This document shows positions 24,358-32,000 of a stretch of 32,000 nt of DNA, one piece after another (positions within the stretch are counted from its first letter, which is position 1; each line of letters starts with the position of its first letter). Source of the DNA: Massilicoli timonensis (GTDB lineage Bacteria; Bacillota_I; Bacilli_A; Erysipelotrichales; Erysipelotrichaceae); NCBI RefSeq assembly GCF_900199515.1, contig NZ_LT963434.1, positions 2,012,180 through 2,044,179 on the forward strand, in the 5' to 3' direction. Below the pieces are notes generated by a model. The model was not told the origin of the DNA. It ran no database searches and saw only the letters and a list, made by a program, of their open reading frames with translations. The position numbers and the translations under genes were made by a program.

Positions 24358-24360
24358 TAA

Positions 24361-24392
24361 TAAAAAAGCGCATAGGAATCAAACCTATGCGT
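24361..24392 (-). terminator. terminator of the tRNA operon
   Basis: CGCATAGG..CCTATGCG stem. On the minus strand it is followed by CTTTTTTA. Confidence 0.7.
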
Positions 24393-24405
24393 TTTGTTAA
24401 AAATT

Positions 24406-24481
24406 TGGTGGAGCTAAGGGGATTCGAACCCCTGACCCCCTGCGTGCAAAACAGGTGCTCTCCCAGCTGAGCTATAACCCC
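24406..24481 (-). tRNA. tRNA-Ala (anticodon UGC), CCA encoded
   Basis: Reverse complement is GGGGTTATAGCTCAGCTGGGAGAGCACCTGTTTTGCACGCAGGGGGTCAGGGGTTCGAATCCCCTTAGCTCCACCA. Cloverleaf fold with the G3:U70 pair. Confidence 0.95.
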
Positions 24482-24501
24482 ATGTATGTCAAATTCGATG
24501 A

Positions 24502-24578
<77 letters not shown>

Positions 24579-24598
24579 TTGTCATCGAATGCTTTGTT

Positions 24599-24627
24599 AT
24601 ATTACCATGTTCTTTTTTTATTGTCAA
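24599..24627 (-). promoter_or_regulatory. sigma-A promoter of the tRNA-Ile/Ala operon
   Basis: On the minus strand: TTGACA (24622-24627) -17 nt- TAATAT (24599-24604), with an A-rich UP-like tract upstream. Confidence 0.75.
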
Positions 24628-24870
24628 TATATTTTTTTAAGAAGTAACGGAAATCCGATTCTGCTTTTTGATCCGCACTTATCTTTTGCCTATAAGCCCC
24701 CAACTACATCTCTTCCATTCAGATTCCTATCATTTCTATATTGATAAATCCACCTATTTCTATAAAAGCAAAATAATTATGTTATAATCATATTACAAAT
24801 CCTTATTAAAAGATTGCCTCACTCATAAAACAGCAATCATCACTGCCGTAAGGAAAGAAAGGGTGTTTTC

Positions 24871-25617
24871 ATGCTATTTCAAAAGCGCAAACAACTGTCA
24901 GTACCGGCCCAGATCGCAACCTATGACCCAAACAGGATCTATCGCTTCAAAAAGCAGTATCAAAGAGAACAACAGATCCACAGCGATCCCTTTACAGATG
25001 CCGTCCGTGATTGGCTTAGTACACATTTTCAAATTCTTTGTCTAGATGTTCAACTGGTACGCAACTCTTATCAAGATGAAATTTATGTCATTGCCGATCG
25101 TAACAGCGAAGCAAAACAGCTTGCTGAACAAAATGCCGATGCTGAAATCATGGCACAATTTCGTTTGTTTTGCGAACAGTTTCAAGTGCTTGCCAATCTT
25201 TCACCACGGCTAAATGTTCGATACCTCTCCTTGCAGCACATTGAATGTAAACGCATGATCGCAGATACCTATCGCACCTTTTCTAAAAAGATGAAGCAAA
25301 AATATCCGAACACGATCGCCTATATCGGCAAACTCCCCGACAGCCTTGTGATTTTTTATCATAACCGCGAAATTTTATTAAAAGGCATCTCAAAAGGATA
25401 TGCCAAGGATATGCAAGATACTTATATGCGTGTTCTGCGCAGTGTCGATACCTTTCATTATTATGATAGCGAAGAAGCGCCTCTTTATTTCGATAGTTTC
25501 CGTTACTTTCAACGCCATTTCCGCGGTAATCTTTCTCATTATGCCTGTTTCATGGATGAGGAATATCAAAAACGCCACTGCCTATTATATCGCCAAGAAA
25601 ACGAATCGTGTGATTAA
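24871..25617 (+). CDS. hypothetical protein
   Basis: AAAGGGTG RBS and a 248-aa ORF with core-like composition. Confidence 0.7.
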   Translation: MLFQKRKQLSVPAQIATYDPNRIYRFKKQYQREQQIHSDPFTDAVRDWLSTHFQILCLDVQLVRNSYQDEIYVIADRNSEAKQLAEQNADAEIMAQFRLFCEQFQVLANLSPRLNVRYLSLQHIECKRMIADTYRTFSKKMKQKYPNTIAYIGKLPDSLVIFYHNREILLKGISKGYAKDMQDTYMRVLRSVDTFHYYDSEEAPLYFDSFRYFQRHFRGNLSHYACFMDEEYQKRHCLLYRQENESCD

Positions 25618-25789
25618 ATTGCTATTTCTGCCTTACTTTTATACTGATCTCGATTTGATTTTTCATCTGCATCTCTCATACTTTTTCGTATCATGCAATA
25701 AAATGAGGCAATTACAATTATACAATCGCTCATCCGACTTCTATAAACCTGTTTGTCGATACGATATTTTAGGCTTTTAGAGTTTTGCC

Positions 25790-26554
25790 TCACTCTTTGA
25801 TCTGATCAGGATATATCAGCTGATAATCACCGTCATGTGTCAGTTGTAACTTTATATCACATGGCATCTGATGTTCCATAATCCTTTTTATATTGCGTTT
25901 TTCACTTGTTTCATAAAAGCGCATTGCCTCATGCGGCGCACAGCCGCCTTTCATTTTACGAAACAATAAACGCGATTGCAGTTCCGCTTCATTTGCCTCA
26001 ATAAAAATGCTAAAATCACAAAAAGAAGCAAGTTCTTGCCAGTGCAGCTCTCTCAACAATAAATAATTTCCTTCAAGCACTACGATTGGCTGATCGACCA
26101 GTAGTGCATCCGGCTCTACGTCATGCTTTTTGCGGTTATAGGCTGGCCAGTACACTTGCGGTTTTCTTTGCAGTTCCAGCAGTTTTGTTTTCAGTAAAGC
26201 AAGATCAAATGTTTCCGGGCATCCCTTTACCGCTTTCATCGGTGTTTCCGCTCCATCAATGGAAAGCGTATGTGACAAGATATATTGCTGTGTGTAATGA
26301 AAACCGTCCATGCCGATTGCCTGTAAAGCTGGAAGGGAAGGATCATTCTGCGATAAATGGGCAAAATAAGCTGCCAGCGTTGATTTTCCGGTCGCCGGCG
26401 GTGCTGCCAGAAAAACAATGATCCTGCGTCCGGCTTTTTTCTGTAACTTCGCAAGCTTTCTTAACAGCGGTTTGACGATCTGACTTGTAAAAGTATCCTC
26501 ATATTCCGCATATACGCAAAAGCCATTGATGGCAAAGTGAAATGCTTCTCTCAT
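25790..26554 (-). CDS. P-loop kinase of the PRK/uridine-kinase family
   Basis: Walker A 'AAPPATGKSTLA', then 'GMDGFHY'. AGGAGG RBS. Confidence 0.7.
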   Translation of the reverse strand: MREAFHFAINGFCVYAEYEDTFTSQIVKPLLRKLAKLQKKAGRRIIVFLAAPPATGKSTLAAYFAHLSQNDPSLPALQAIGMDGFHYTQQYILSHTLSIDGAETPMKAVKGCPETFDLALLKTKLLELQRKPQVYWPAYNRKKHDVEPDALLVDQPIVVLEGNYLLLRELHWQELASFCDFSIFIEANEAELQSRLLFRKMKGGCAPHEAMRFYETSEKRNIKRIMEHQMPCDIKLQLTHDGDYQLIYPDQIKE

Positions 26555-26874
26555 CTTGATCCTCCTGTATGCATCCTATCTAAGCAAGCCATCGCTTCCT
26601 TATTTTTATCTTCTACATCTTTCATTTTATTCTCGCTCCTATTAAAATGCAATCAAAATCAAAGCGGATTCAGACTATCCCGCAGTATAAAAGCAGCTGA
26701 AAAACGCTTATTTCATCATTTCATTGCTCCCTTTGAGAAGGTGTATGCCTTTTAGTGGATCATTTGCCTGCATCTGACTATCTTTTTGCGAATCCCTTTG
26801 AATTATAGTTTACTTTTTGAGGGAAATATCTTAAAATTGATACGTATCGAATAATAGGATGAAGGAGGCAAATT

Positions 26875-28533
26875 ATGAAAATTTCATCACTGCAAAAAGC
26901 AAGATATGAATATTCGCCGAAATTGCCGGGCATGCTCAGAAACGGCATTTCTAACATCTGCGTAAAAGAAGGCGAAGAAACAAGCAGCGTGGCAGATCAG
27001 GAAAAGATCAAAGCGCTGTTCCCTAACACTTATGGGAAAAAGGAAATCACTTTTGCACAAGGGGAAAATACTTCAACTGCGAAGAAACAGGTTGTCGGCG
27101 TTATTCTTTCCGGTGGTCAGGCGCCGGGCGGACATAATGTTGTATGCGGACTTTATGATGCGTTGAAGGCGACAAATCCGGAAAATGTACTGTATGGCTT
27201 TAAGAATGGACCGATCGGATTGATCGAAGATGATTATTTGATCTTTGATGATGCTTATATTGATCAGTTCCGCAATACTGGCGGTTTCGATATCATCGGT
27301 TCAGGAAGAACGAAATTGGAAACCAATGAACAGTTTGCGATCGTTGCGGAGGTTTGTAAAAAACATGGCATTACGGCAATCGTTATCATCGGCGGTGATG
27401 ATTCTAACACGAATGCGGCAGTGCTTGCGGAATATTTTGCGGCACACAATACCGGCGTGCAGGTAATCGGTTGTCCGAAAACGATCGACGGCGATTTGAA
27501 AAATGAAGACATCGAGTGCTCTTTTGGTTTTGATACCGCTACAAAGACTTACAGCGAAATTATCGGTAATATTGAAAGAGATGCGAATTCCGCAAAGAAA
27601 TACTGGCACTTTATTAAAGTCATGGGACGTTCTGCTTCTCATGTCGCTTTGGAATGTGCACTGAAGACGCAGCCAAATATCTGCTTGATTTCAGAAGAGG
27701 TATCGGAAAAGAAAATGTCTCTTTCGCAGATTGCGGATTATATCGCGGATTCGGTAGCCAATCGTGCCGCAAAGGGCATGAATTTCGGTGTGGCGATCAT
27801 TCCGGAAGGAGTTGTGGAATTTGTGCCGGAATTCTCAGTCCTGATTCACGAAATCAATGAATTGCTTGCCGGAAGCAAGGCGGATGCGTTTAATGCGCTG
27901 CCGACATGGAAAGAAAAATATGCGTTCATTGAAAATGGCTTGAGTGCAAAATCAATGGAAGTTTTTGCGATCCTGCCGGAAAGTATTCAGCAGCAGTTGT
28001 TCCTGGAACGCGATCCGCATGGCAATGTACAGGTTTCTTTGATTGAATCGGAAAAATTATTCTCAGCTTTGGTAAAGGATAAGTTGGAGGAGAGAAAGAA
28101 AGCCGGTACTTATAATGGCAAGTTCAATGCACTGCATCATTTCTTGGGTTATGAAGGAAGATGTGCATTCCCGTCTAACTTTGATGCGGATTACTGCTAT
28201 TCTTTGGGATATAACGCGTTTATGTTGATTCAGTATGGATATAACGGTTATCTGTCTAAGATTTCTAATCTTTCTAAACCGGCTAATGAATGGGTTGCCG
28301 GCGGTATGCCGATTACAAAAATGATGAACATTGAAAGACGGCATGGTGAAGATAAGCCGGTTATCAGAAAAGCGTTAGTGGAACTGGAAGGCAAGCCGTT
28401 TAAGTTCTTTGAAGCACATCGCGAAGAATGGGCCGTGGAAACCAGTTTCGTATATCCGGGTGCAATTCAGTATTATGGACCTGCTGAGGTTTGTGATATT
28501 ACGACGGAAACCCTTTTATTAGAACAGGAATAA
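26875..28533 (+). CDS. pfp: diphosphate--fructose-6-phosphate 1-phosphotransferase (PPi-dependent PFK)
   Basis: '[10 protein letters not shown]', 'PKTIDGDLK', '[14 protein letters not shown]'. Length 552 aa. GAAGGAGG RBS. Confidence 0.9.
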   Translation: MKISSLQKARYEYSPKLPGMLRNGISNICVKEGEETSSVADQEKIKALFPNTYGKKEITFAQGENTSTAKKQVVGVILSGGQAPGGHNVVCGLYDALKATNPENVLYGFKNGPIGLIEDDYLIFDDAYIDQFRNTGGFDIIGSGRTKLETNEQFAIVAEVCKKHGITAIVIIGGDDSNTNAAVLAEYFAAHNTGVQVIGCPKTIDGDLKNEDIECSFGFDTATKTYSEIIGNIERDANSAKKYWHFIKVMGRSASHVALECALKTQPNICLISEEVSEKKMSLSQIADYIADSVANRAAKGMNFGVAIIPEGVVEFVPEFSVLIHEINELLAGSKADAFNALPTWKEKYAFIENGLSAKSMEVFAILPESIQQQLFLERDPHGNVQVSLIESEKLFSALVKDKLEERKKAGTYNGKFNALHHFLGYEGRCAFPSNFDADYCYSLGYNAFMLIQYGYNGYLSKISNLSKPANEWVAGGMPITKMMNIERRHGEDKPVIRKALVELEGKPFKFFEAHREEWAVETSFVYPGAIQYYGPAEVCDITTETLLLEQE

Positions 28534-28566
28534 AATAGTGAAAGAGGCACGAGTGATATGCTTTTG

Positions 28567-28595
28567 AAAAAAGGCTGTAACCATGCCTTTTTTTT
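28567..28595 (+). terminator. terminator after pfp
   Basis: AAAAAAGGC-tgtaaccat-GCCTTTTTTTT. Confidence 0.5.
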
Positions 28596-29162
28596 CGTGC
28601 AAAAGATCAAATTCACTTTTATCTTTGCCTGATTATAAATTGTTTGCTTTTGCGTGCATGTTAAGAACTGAAATTTATCTTGGAGGAAGCGTTTACTATC
28701 CCCATTTCATATGATTGTTATCTTATAAGGCAATATGTTGCTTTATCATAAAAATGATTGCAAATAGGCACGCTTTATGGAGAGATCGAAAACTTCATCT
28801 CCGTGTAGGATTCGATCATCAGCTGCTTACGATGGCAGCCATCATAGGTACCATTTTCAAAAAGCATTTTTCCCCTTCCCATATTTTCTTCTTTGCCAAA
28901 TGATCGATGATGATTTAGGCAAATAGATACATGCAAGAATGGGTTAGAATAGTAGTATATATGATCCTATTGGACGTTCACATTACCATCACCACATAGG
29001 ATAGGCTCCATACTGATAGAAAAAAAGCCGCATTTCCGCGTACTTTCTTTCTTCTTTTTCATCTTGCAATGTTTAGAGCACGCATAGAAAGCATGATCAC
29101 AAACACCCTTTTCCTAAAATATTTCTTTGTCCATCACTTCATCTGCTCATCAAACGATCCTG

Positions 29163-30476
29163 CTAGCTGTGTGCCAAATGATAATGTGCGATCACCGCAT
29201 TTAATTCTGCAATCGTTTTTTCTCCGTCCGCTAAGCCATGGGTCAGGATCACTGTCGCATAAGGCGTCGGCGTATATACGATTCCTACGACATTGCGATA
29301 AGAATCAAGCAGCCCATACTTCTGAGCAATCGGATATTCCACATAGGTTTTCAGATACTGCTGCGGCATTGCGTTTTTCAAATGTTTGATCACGATCGCA
29401 TATTCTTTACGATGTGCATATAGATAAGATGCCGTATCTAATAAATAACGGGCTGTCGTTTCATTGTGATAAACCGAATAATAATCATCCGGATAAACCG
29501 TGTCTTTACTGTATTTCGTCGCCATCTCCCGGAAAACGCGCCAGCCACCTAAATTTTCAAATAAAATATGCGAAGCCGTATTACAGGAATGTACCAAACT
29601 TTGTTCCATCAAAAAGCTCAAAGGCACAGCGCTTCCCACCGAATAATAGTAATCAGTCGTGCCGCCGCCTTCTTCATAACAGTTTGTGCAATAGCGCAGC
29701 GTACTGTCCTCTTGCAGCGTTTTGTCATTGATCATCTCTTCATAAAGCATATTTAACGGAAGTTTGTAGGTAGAAGCAGCCGTGAACCACACGGTTTCAT
29801 TTTGATAATAGGTTTCACCGGTAGATAAATTCACATAGCCGATCGCAAGATTCTCCGCGTCAATTTGCTGATCTGAAAGATAGCGATCTACCAATTTCTC
29901 CAGCGAGAGATTTTGATAATCATAGCCGGGATCAAAGGTGATCATCTCCACTGCCACTACTTGTATTTCTTCACTCTTTTTACGCTGATTCCCATATGCG
30001 TCCACTGCCGTTACGCTCAAAGTGTAAGTGCCTTCCTTTAACGATTCCTCTTCTAAGGAATAAGATACTTCAACCGCACTTTTGTCGATCACTTCGACGA
30101 TTTCATCAAAAGAACGCATGCTTCCTAAAAGGAATGTATGAGAAATAAACTGAATCCGCGGTTTTACATCATCAACCAGCTCGATGACGATTTCGTAATC
30201 TTTGCCTAAAAAAGAAACCGTGACACGATGTTCGCCGATTTTTGAGAACTGAAACAGCGATTCCTCAAATTCCGTATTTTCTTCTTCCGCCTGTCCTTCA
30301 AAATAATAAGCGCTGGAAGTCGGGATTTCTTCTTTATAACTGATCGTAAATATCTGCTGTTTCAATGCGACATGCGCTCTACAATACTGATATATGCCAA
30401 GGCATACGATCATTACGACGATCAAAGAAGCGGATGCAAGTAAAACATGTGAAGCAGACAGCCGATATTTCTTCAT
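29163..30476 (-). CDS. membrane-anchored serine hydrolase, class-A beta-lactamase-like C-terminal domain
   Basis: N-terminal TM 'LLASASLIVVMIVCLGI', a beta-rich middle region, and 'AASTYKLPLNMLY' (SxxK). GGAGGGG RBS. Confidence 0.7.
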   Translation of the reverse strand: MKKYRLSASHVLLASASLIVVMIVCLGIYQYCRAHVALKQQIFTISYKEEIPTSSAYYFEGQAEEENTEFEESLFQFSKIGEHRVTVSFLGKDYEIVIELVDDVKPRIQFISHTFLLGSMRSFDEIVEVIDKSAVEVSYSLEEESLKEGTYTLSVTAVDAYGNQRKKSEEIQVVAVEMITFDPGYDYQNLSLEKLVDRYLSDQQIDAENLAIGYVNLSTGETYYQNETVWFTAASTYKLPLNMLYEEMINDKTLQEDSTLRYCTNCYEEGGGTTDYYYSVGSAVPLSFLMEQSLVHSCNTASHILFENLGGWRVFREMATKYSKDTVYPDDYYSVYHNETTARYLLDTASYLYAHRKEYAIVIKHLKNAMPQQYLKTYVEYPIAQKYGLLDSYRNVVGIVYTPTPYATVILTHGLADGEKTIAELNAVIAHYHLAHS

Positions 30477-30563
30477 AAAACCCCTCCATTATGTCATATT
30501 TTATCATAAAATCAAGGTTTGTATCAAACAATGCAGGCAGGCATACAATAGATTGGTGATGTG

Positions 30564-31649
30564 ATGAAGACAATTAGTTTATGCATGATCGTGAAAGATG
30601 AAGAAGCAGTGCTGAGCCGTGCGCTTGACAGTATAAAAGATGTTGTAGATGAAATGATTATCGTCGATACAGGATCAAAAGATCAGACCAAGGCGATCGC
30701 TTCCCGCTATACGCCGCATGTATATGATTTTATCTGGTGCAGCGATTTTGCCAAAGCGCGCAACTATGCGTTTTCAAAAGGGACGATGGATTATTTGATG
30801 TGGCTGGATGCCGATGATGTGCTGAAAGAAGCAGATCGACAGGAACTGCTTGCCCTCAAAGAAACATTAAATGATGATGTGGATATGGTGATGATGCCAT
30901 ATGTCGCCGCAGTACATGAAGATGGCTCGGTTGCTTTTTCTTATGAGCGGGAGCGCTTGTTTCGCAGAGATCGCCATGATCAATGGCAGGGAGCGGTACA
31001 TGAAGTGATCGTGCCTGCCGGTAAGATCTTGCACAGTCGTGTGCATATTTGGCATCAAAGCATTAAAAAAACAAAGACCAGACGAAATTTGGATATTTAC
31101 GAAGCAATCAGAAAGACTCGTTCCCTAGATGCCAGAGAACAGTTTTACTATGCCCGGGAATTACAAGAATGCGGGGAATCAAGGGCTGCTGTACAGGCGT
31201 TCATCACTTTTTTACAGCGTGGTGACGGCTGGGCGGAAAACTGTATTGATGCGTGCAGGCATTTGGCTTATTTAGAACCGGAAGAGGCATTAAACTGGCT
31301 ATTCCACAGTTTTATCTATGGGAAACCGCATGCTGAGGTCTTATGTGAGATCGGCAGTTGTCTGTTTCAAATGCGCCGTTATCAGGAAGCGATCTATTGG
31401 TATCGGCAGGCACTGCATGCCAAAAGAGTGAAGGGCGCATTTATTGTGGAAGATGCGTACGGCTTTTTGCCATCACTTGGCTTATGTGTTTGTTATGATC
31501 AGCTGCATCAGCAGAAAAGAGCGTATCATTGGCATTTGCGAAGCAAACACTATCATCCTGAACACCCCTCAGTTCTGCATAATGAAGCTTATTTTCAACA
31601 GATCTTAGGCAGTTTGCATGCGAAACAGGGAAAAACTATGATAAAATAG
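30564..31649 (+). CDS. family-2 glycosyltransferase with a C-terminal TPR-like region
   Basis: 'LCMIVKDEE..IIVDTGSKDQT..WLDADD' GT2 pattern, and a helical-repeat C-terminus. Confidence 0.8.
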   Translation: MKTISLCMIVKDEEAVLSRALDSIKDVVDEMIIVDTGSKDQTKAIASRYTPHVYDFIWCSDFAKARNYAFSKGTMDYLMWLDADDVLKEADRQELLALKETLNDDVDMVMMPYVAAVHEDGSVAFSYERERLFRRDRHDQWQGAVHEVIVPAGKILHSRVHIWHQSIKKTKTRRNLDIYEAIRKTRSLDAREQFYYARELQECGESRAAVQAFITFLQRGDGWAENCIDACRHLAYLEPEEALNWLFHSFIYGKPHAEVLCEIGSCLFQMRRYQEAIYWYRQALHAKRVKGAFIVEDAYGFLPSLGLCVCYDQLHQQKRAYHWHLRSKHYHPEHPSVLHNEAYFQQILGSLHAKQGKTMIK

Positions 31650-31673
31650 CGGCAATCAATGGGAGGCAAGAAG

Positions 31674-32000
31674 ATGCAGGAACAAGTATTGTATTACAGC
31701 GGTGCATTGGATCAAAAAACGAGTGAAGCGATCCTTGCGGCGCTTGAAGCATGTCAGATTGCTTATACGGTTTTAGAAGACAGCGATCTGGATCAGTCGA
31801 TTCAGTCATTATTGAACACTAAGAAGCAAGCGGTCATCGTTAATCGGCGGCATCAGGAAGCCTGCATGCTGTTTCGCGAGGGAAAAGAGCAGACTTTTGT
31901 AAAACTGCGCCGTGCCTTTGCACAAAGGCAGATCATCTATTCTGGATCAAAGGCAGTTGTAACAAAGCATAACCGTACATGGTCTTTTATCAAACTGTTA
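31674..32000 (+). CDS. small hypothetical protein (possibly DUF3783-like), 3' end outside the window
   Basis: GGGAGG lies 7 nt before ATG 31674. The frame is open for 109 codons to the window end (MQEQVLYYSGALDQK..AVVTKHNRTWSFIKLL). It is absent from the ORF track because no stop is reached. Confidence 0.55.
   Translation, partial: MQEQVLYYSGALDQKTSEAILAALEACQIAYTVLEDSDLDQSIQSLLNTKKQAVIVNRRHQEACMLFREGKEQTFVKLRRAFAQRQIIYSGSKAVVTKHNRTWSFIKLL

Noticed and set aside
24863-25780. Alternative ORFs 24863-25045, 25390-25578 (minus) and 25400-25780.
   Set aside because: They overlap the longer RBS-preceded ORF 24871-25617. Their translations are low-complexity, hydrophobic shadow frames.
28534-29162. 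A roughly 630-bp gap between pfp and the serine hydrolase, with a short minus-strand ORF (about 35 aa, MGRGKMLFENGTYDGCHRKQLMIESYTEMKFSISP) and a 7-bp inverted repeat ATCCTAT/ATAGGAT.
   Set aside because: There is no RBS, no homology recognised and no compelling structure. It is reported only as unexplained spacer.
26086-31058. Numerous 60-113-aa ORFs overlapping the kinase, pfp, serine hydrolase and glycosyltransferase genes, plus intergenic ORFs 26537-26755 and 28715-28903.
   Set aside because: They are shadow frames of higher-GC genes with clear motifs. The two intergenic ORFs lack an RBS and any recognisable motif.

Overview
By RBS style (AAGGAGG), sigma-A type promoters and gene content, this window looks like a low-GC Gram-positive (Bacillota-type) chromosome; that host assignment is inference. 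It splits into three compositional blocks, judged by eye.

(1) 1-7.7 kb is the right-hand end of an integrative mobile element, all on the + strand. It carries a sliding-clamp-like gene, several unknowns, a truncated N6-MTase-like protein, HU, an orphan beta-class DNA methyltransferase, and two tandem paralogous tyrosine integrases with a small Xis-like HTH gene between them.

(2) 7.8-24.4 kb is a very AT-rich accessory island containing:
- an SOS-type cassette (LexA-like S24 repressor divergent from a Y-family polymerase plus a YolD-like gene)
- a decayed non-coding stretch with phased short repeats and an HTH pseudogene
- an Rrf2-regulated flavodoxin/ferredoxin-HAD unit
- a roughly 9-kb same-strand array of defence-island-type genes
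- an ISL3-family IS that abuts the terminator of a stand-alone tRNA-Ile/tRNA-Ala operon

The defence-type array holds an AlbA_2/HATPase_c_4 protein, a frameshifted FRG-domain gene, lipoprotein(s), membrane proteins, a short Ntn/proteasome-beta-like protein, an XRE HTH followed in frame by a second ORF, a 3-TM protein translationally coupled to a small TIR-like protein, a polytopic membrane protein plus a PH-like/TM protein, and a truncated HNH gene.

(3) 24.4-32 kb is higher-GC core genome: a hypothetical protein, a P-loop kinase, PPi-dependent phosphofructokinase, a beta-lactamase-like serine hydrolase, a GT2/TPR glycosyltransferase and a partial small ORF.

The most interesting items are the 3-TM + TIR-like pair, the duplicated 31-bp tri-repeat (GCGAGGT units), the promoter module shared by the AlbA_2 and FRG genes, and the cluster of homopolymer or stop-codon gene disruptions. 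No CRISPR array or rRNA was seen. All homology calls come from motif recognition by eye; no searches were run.
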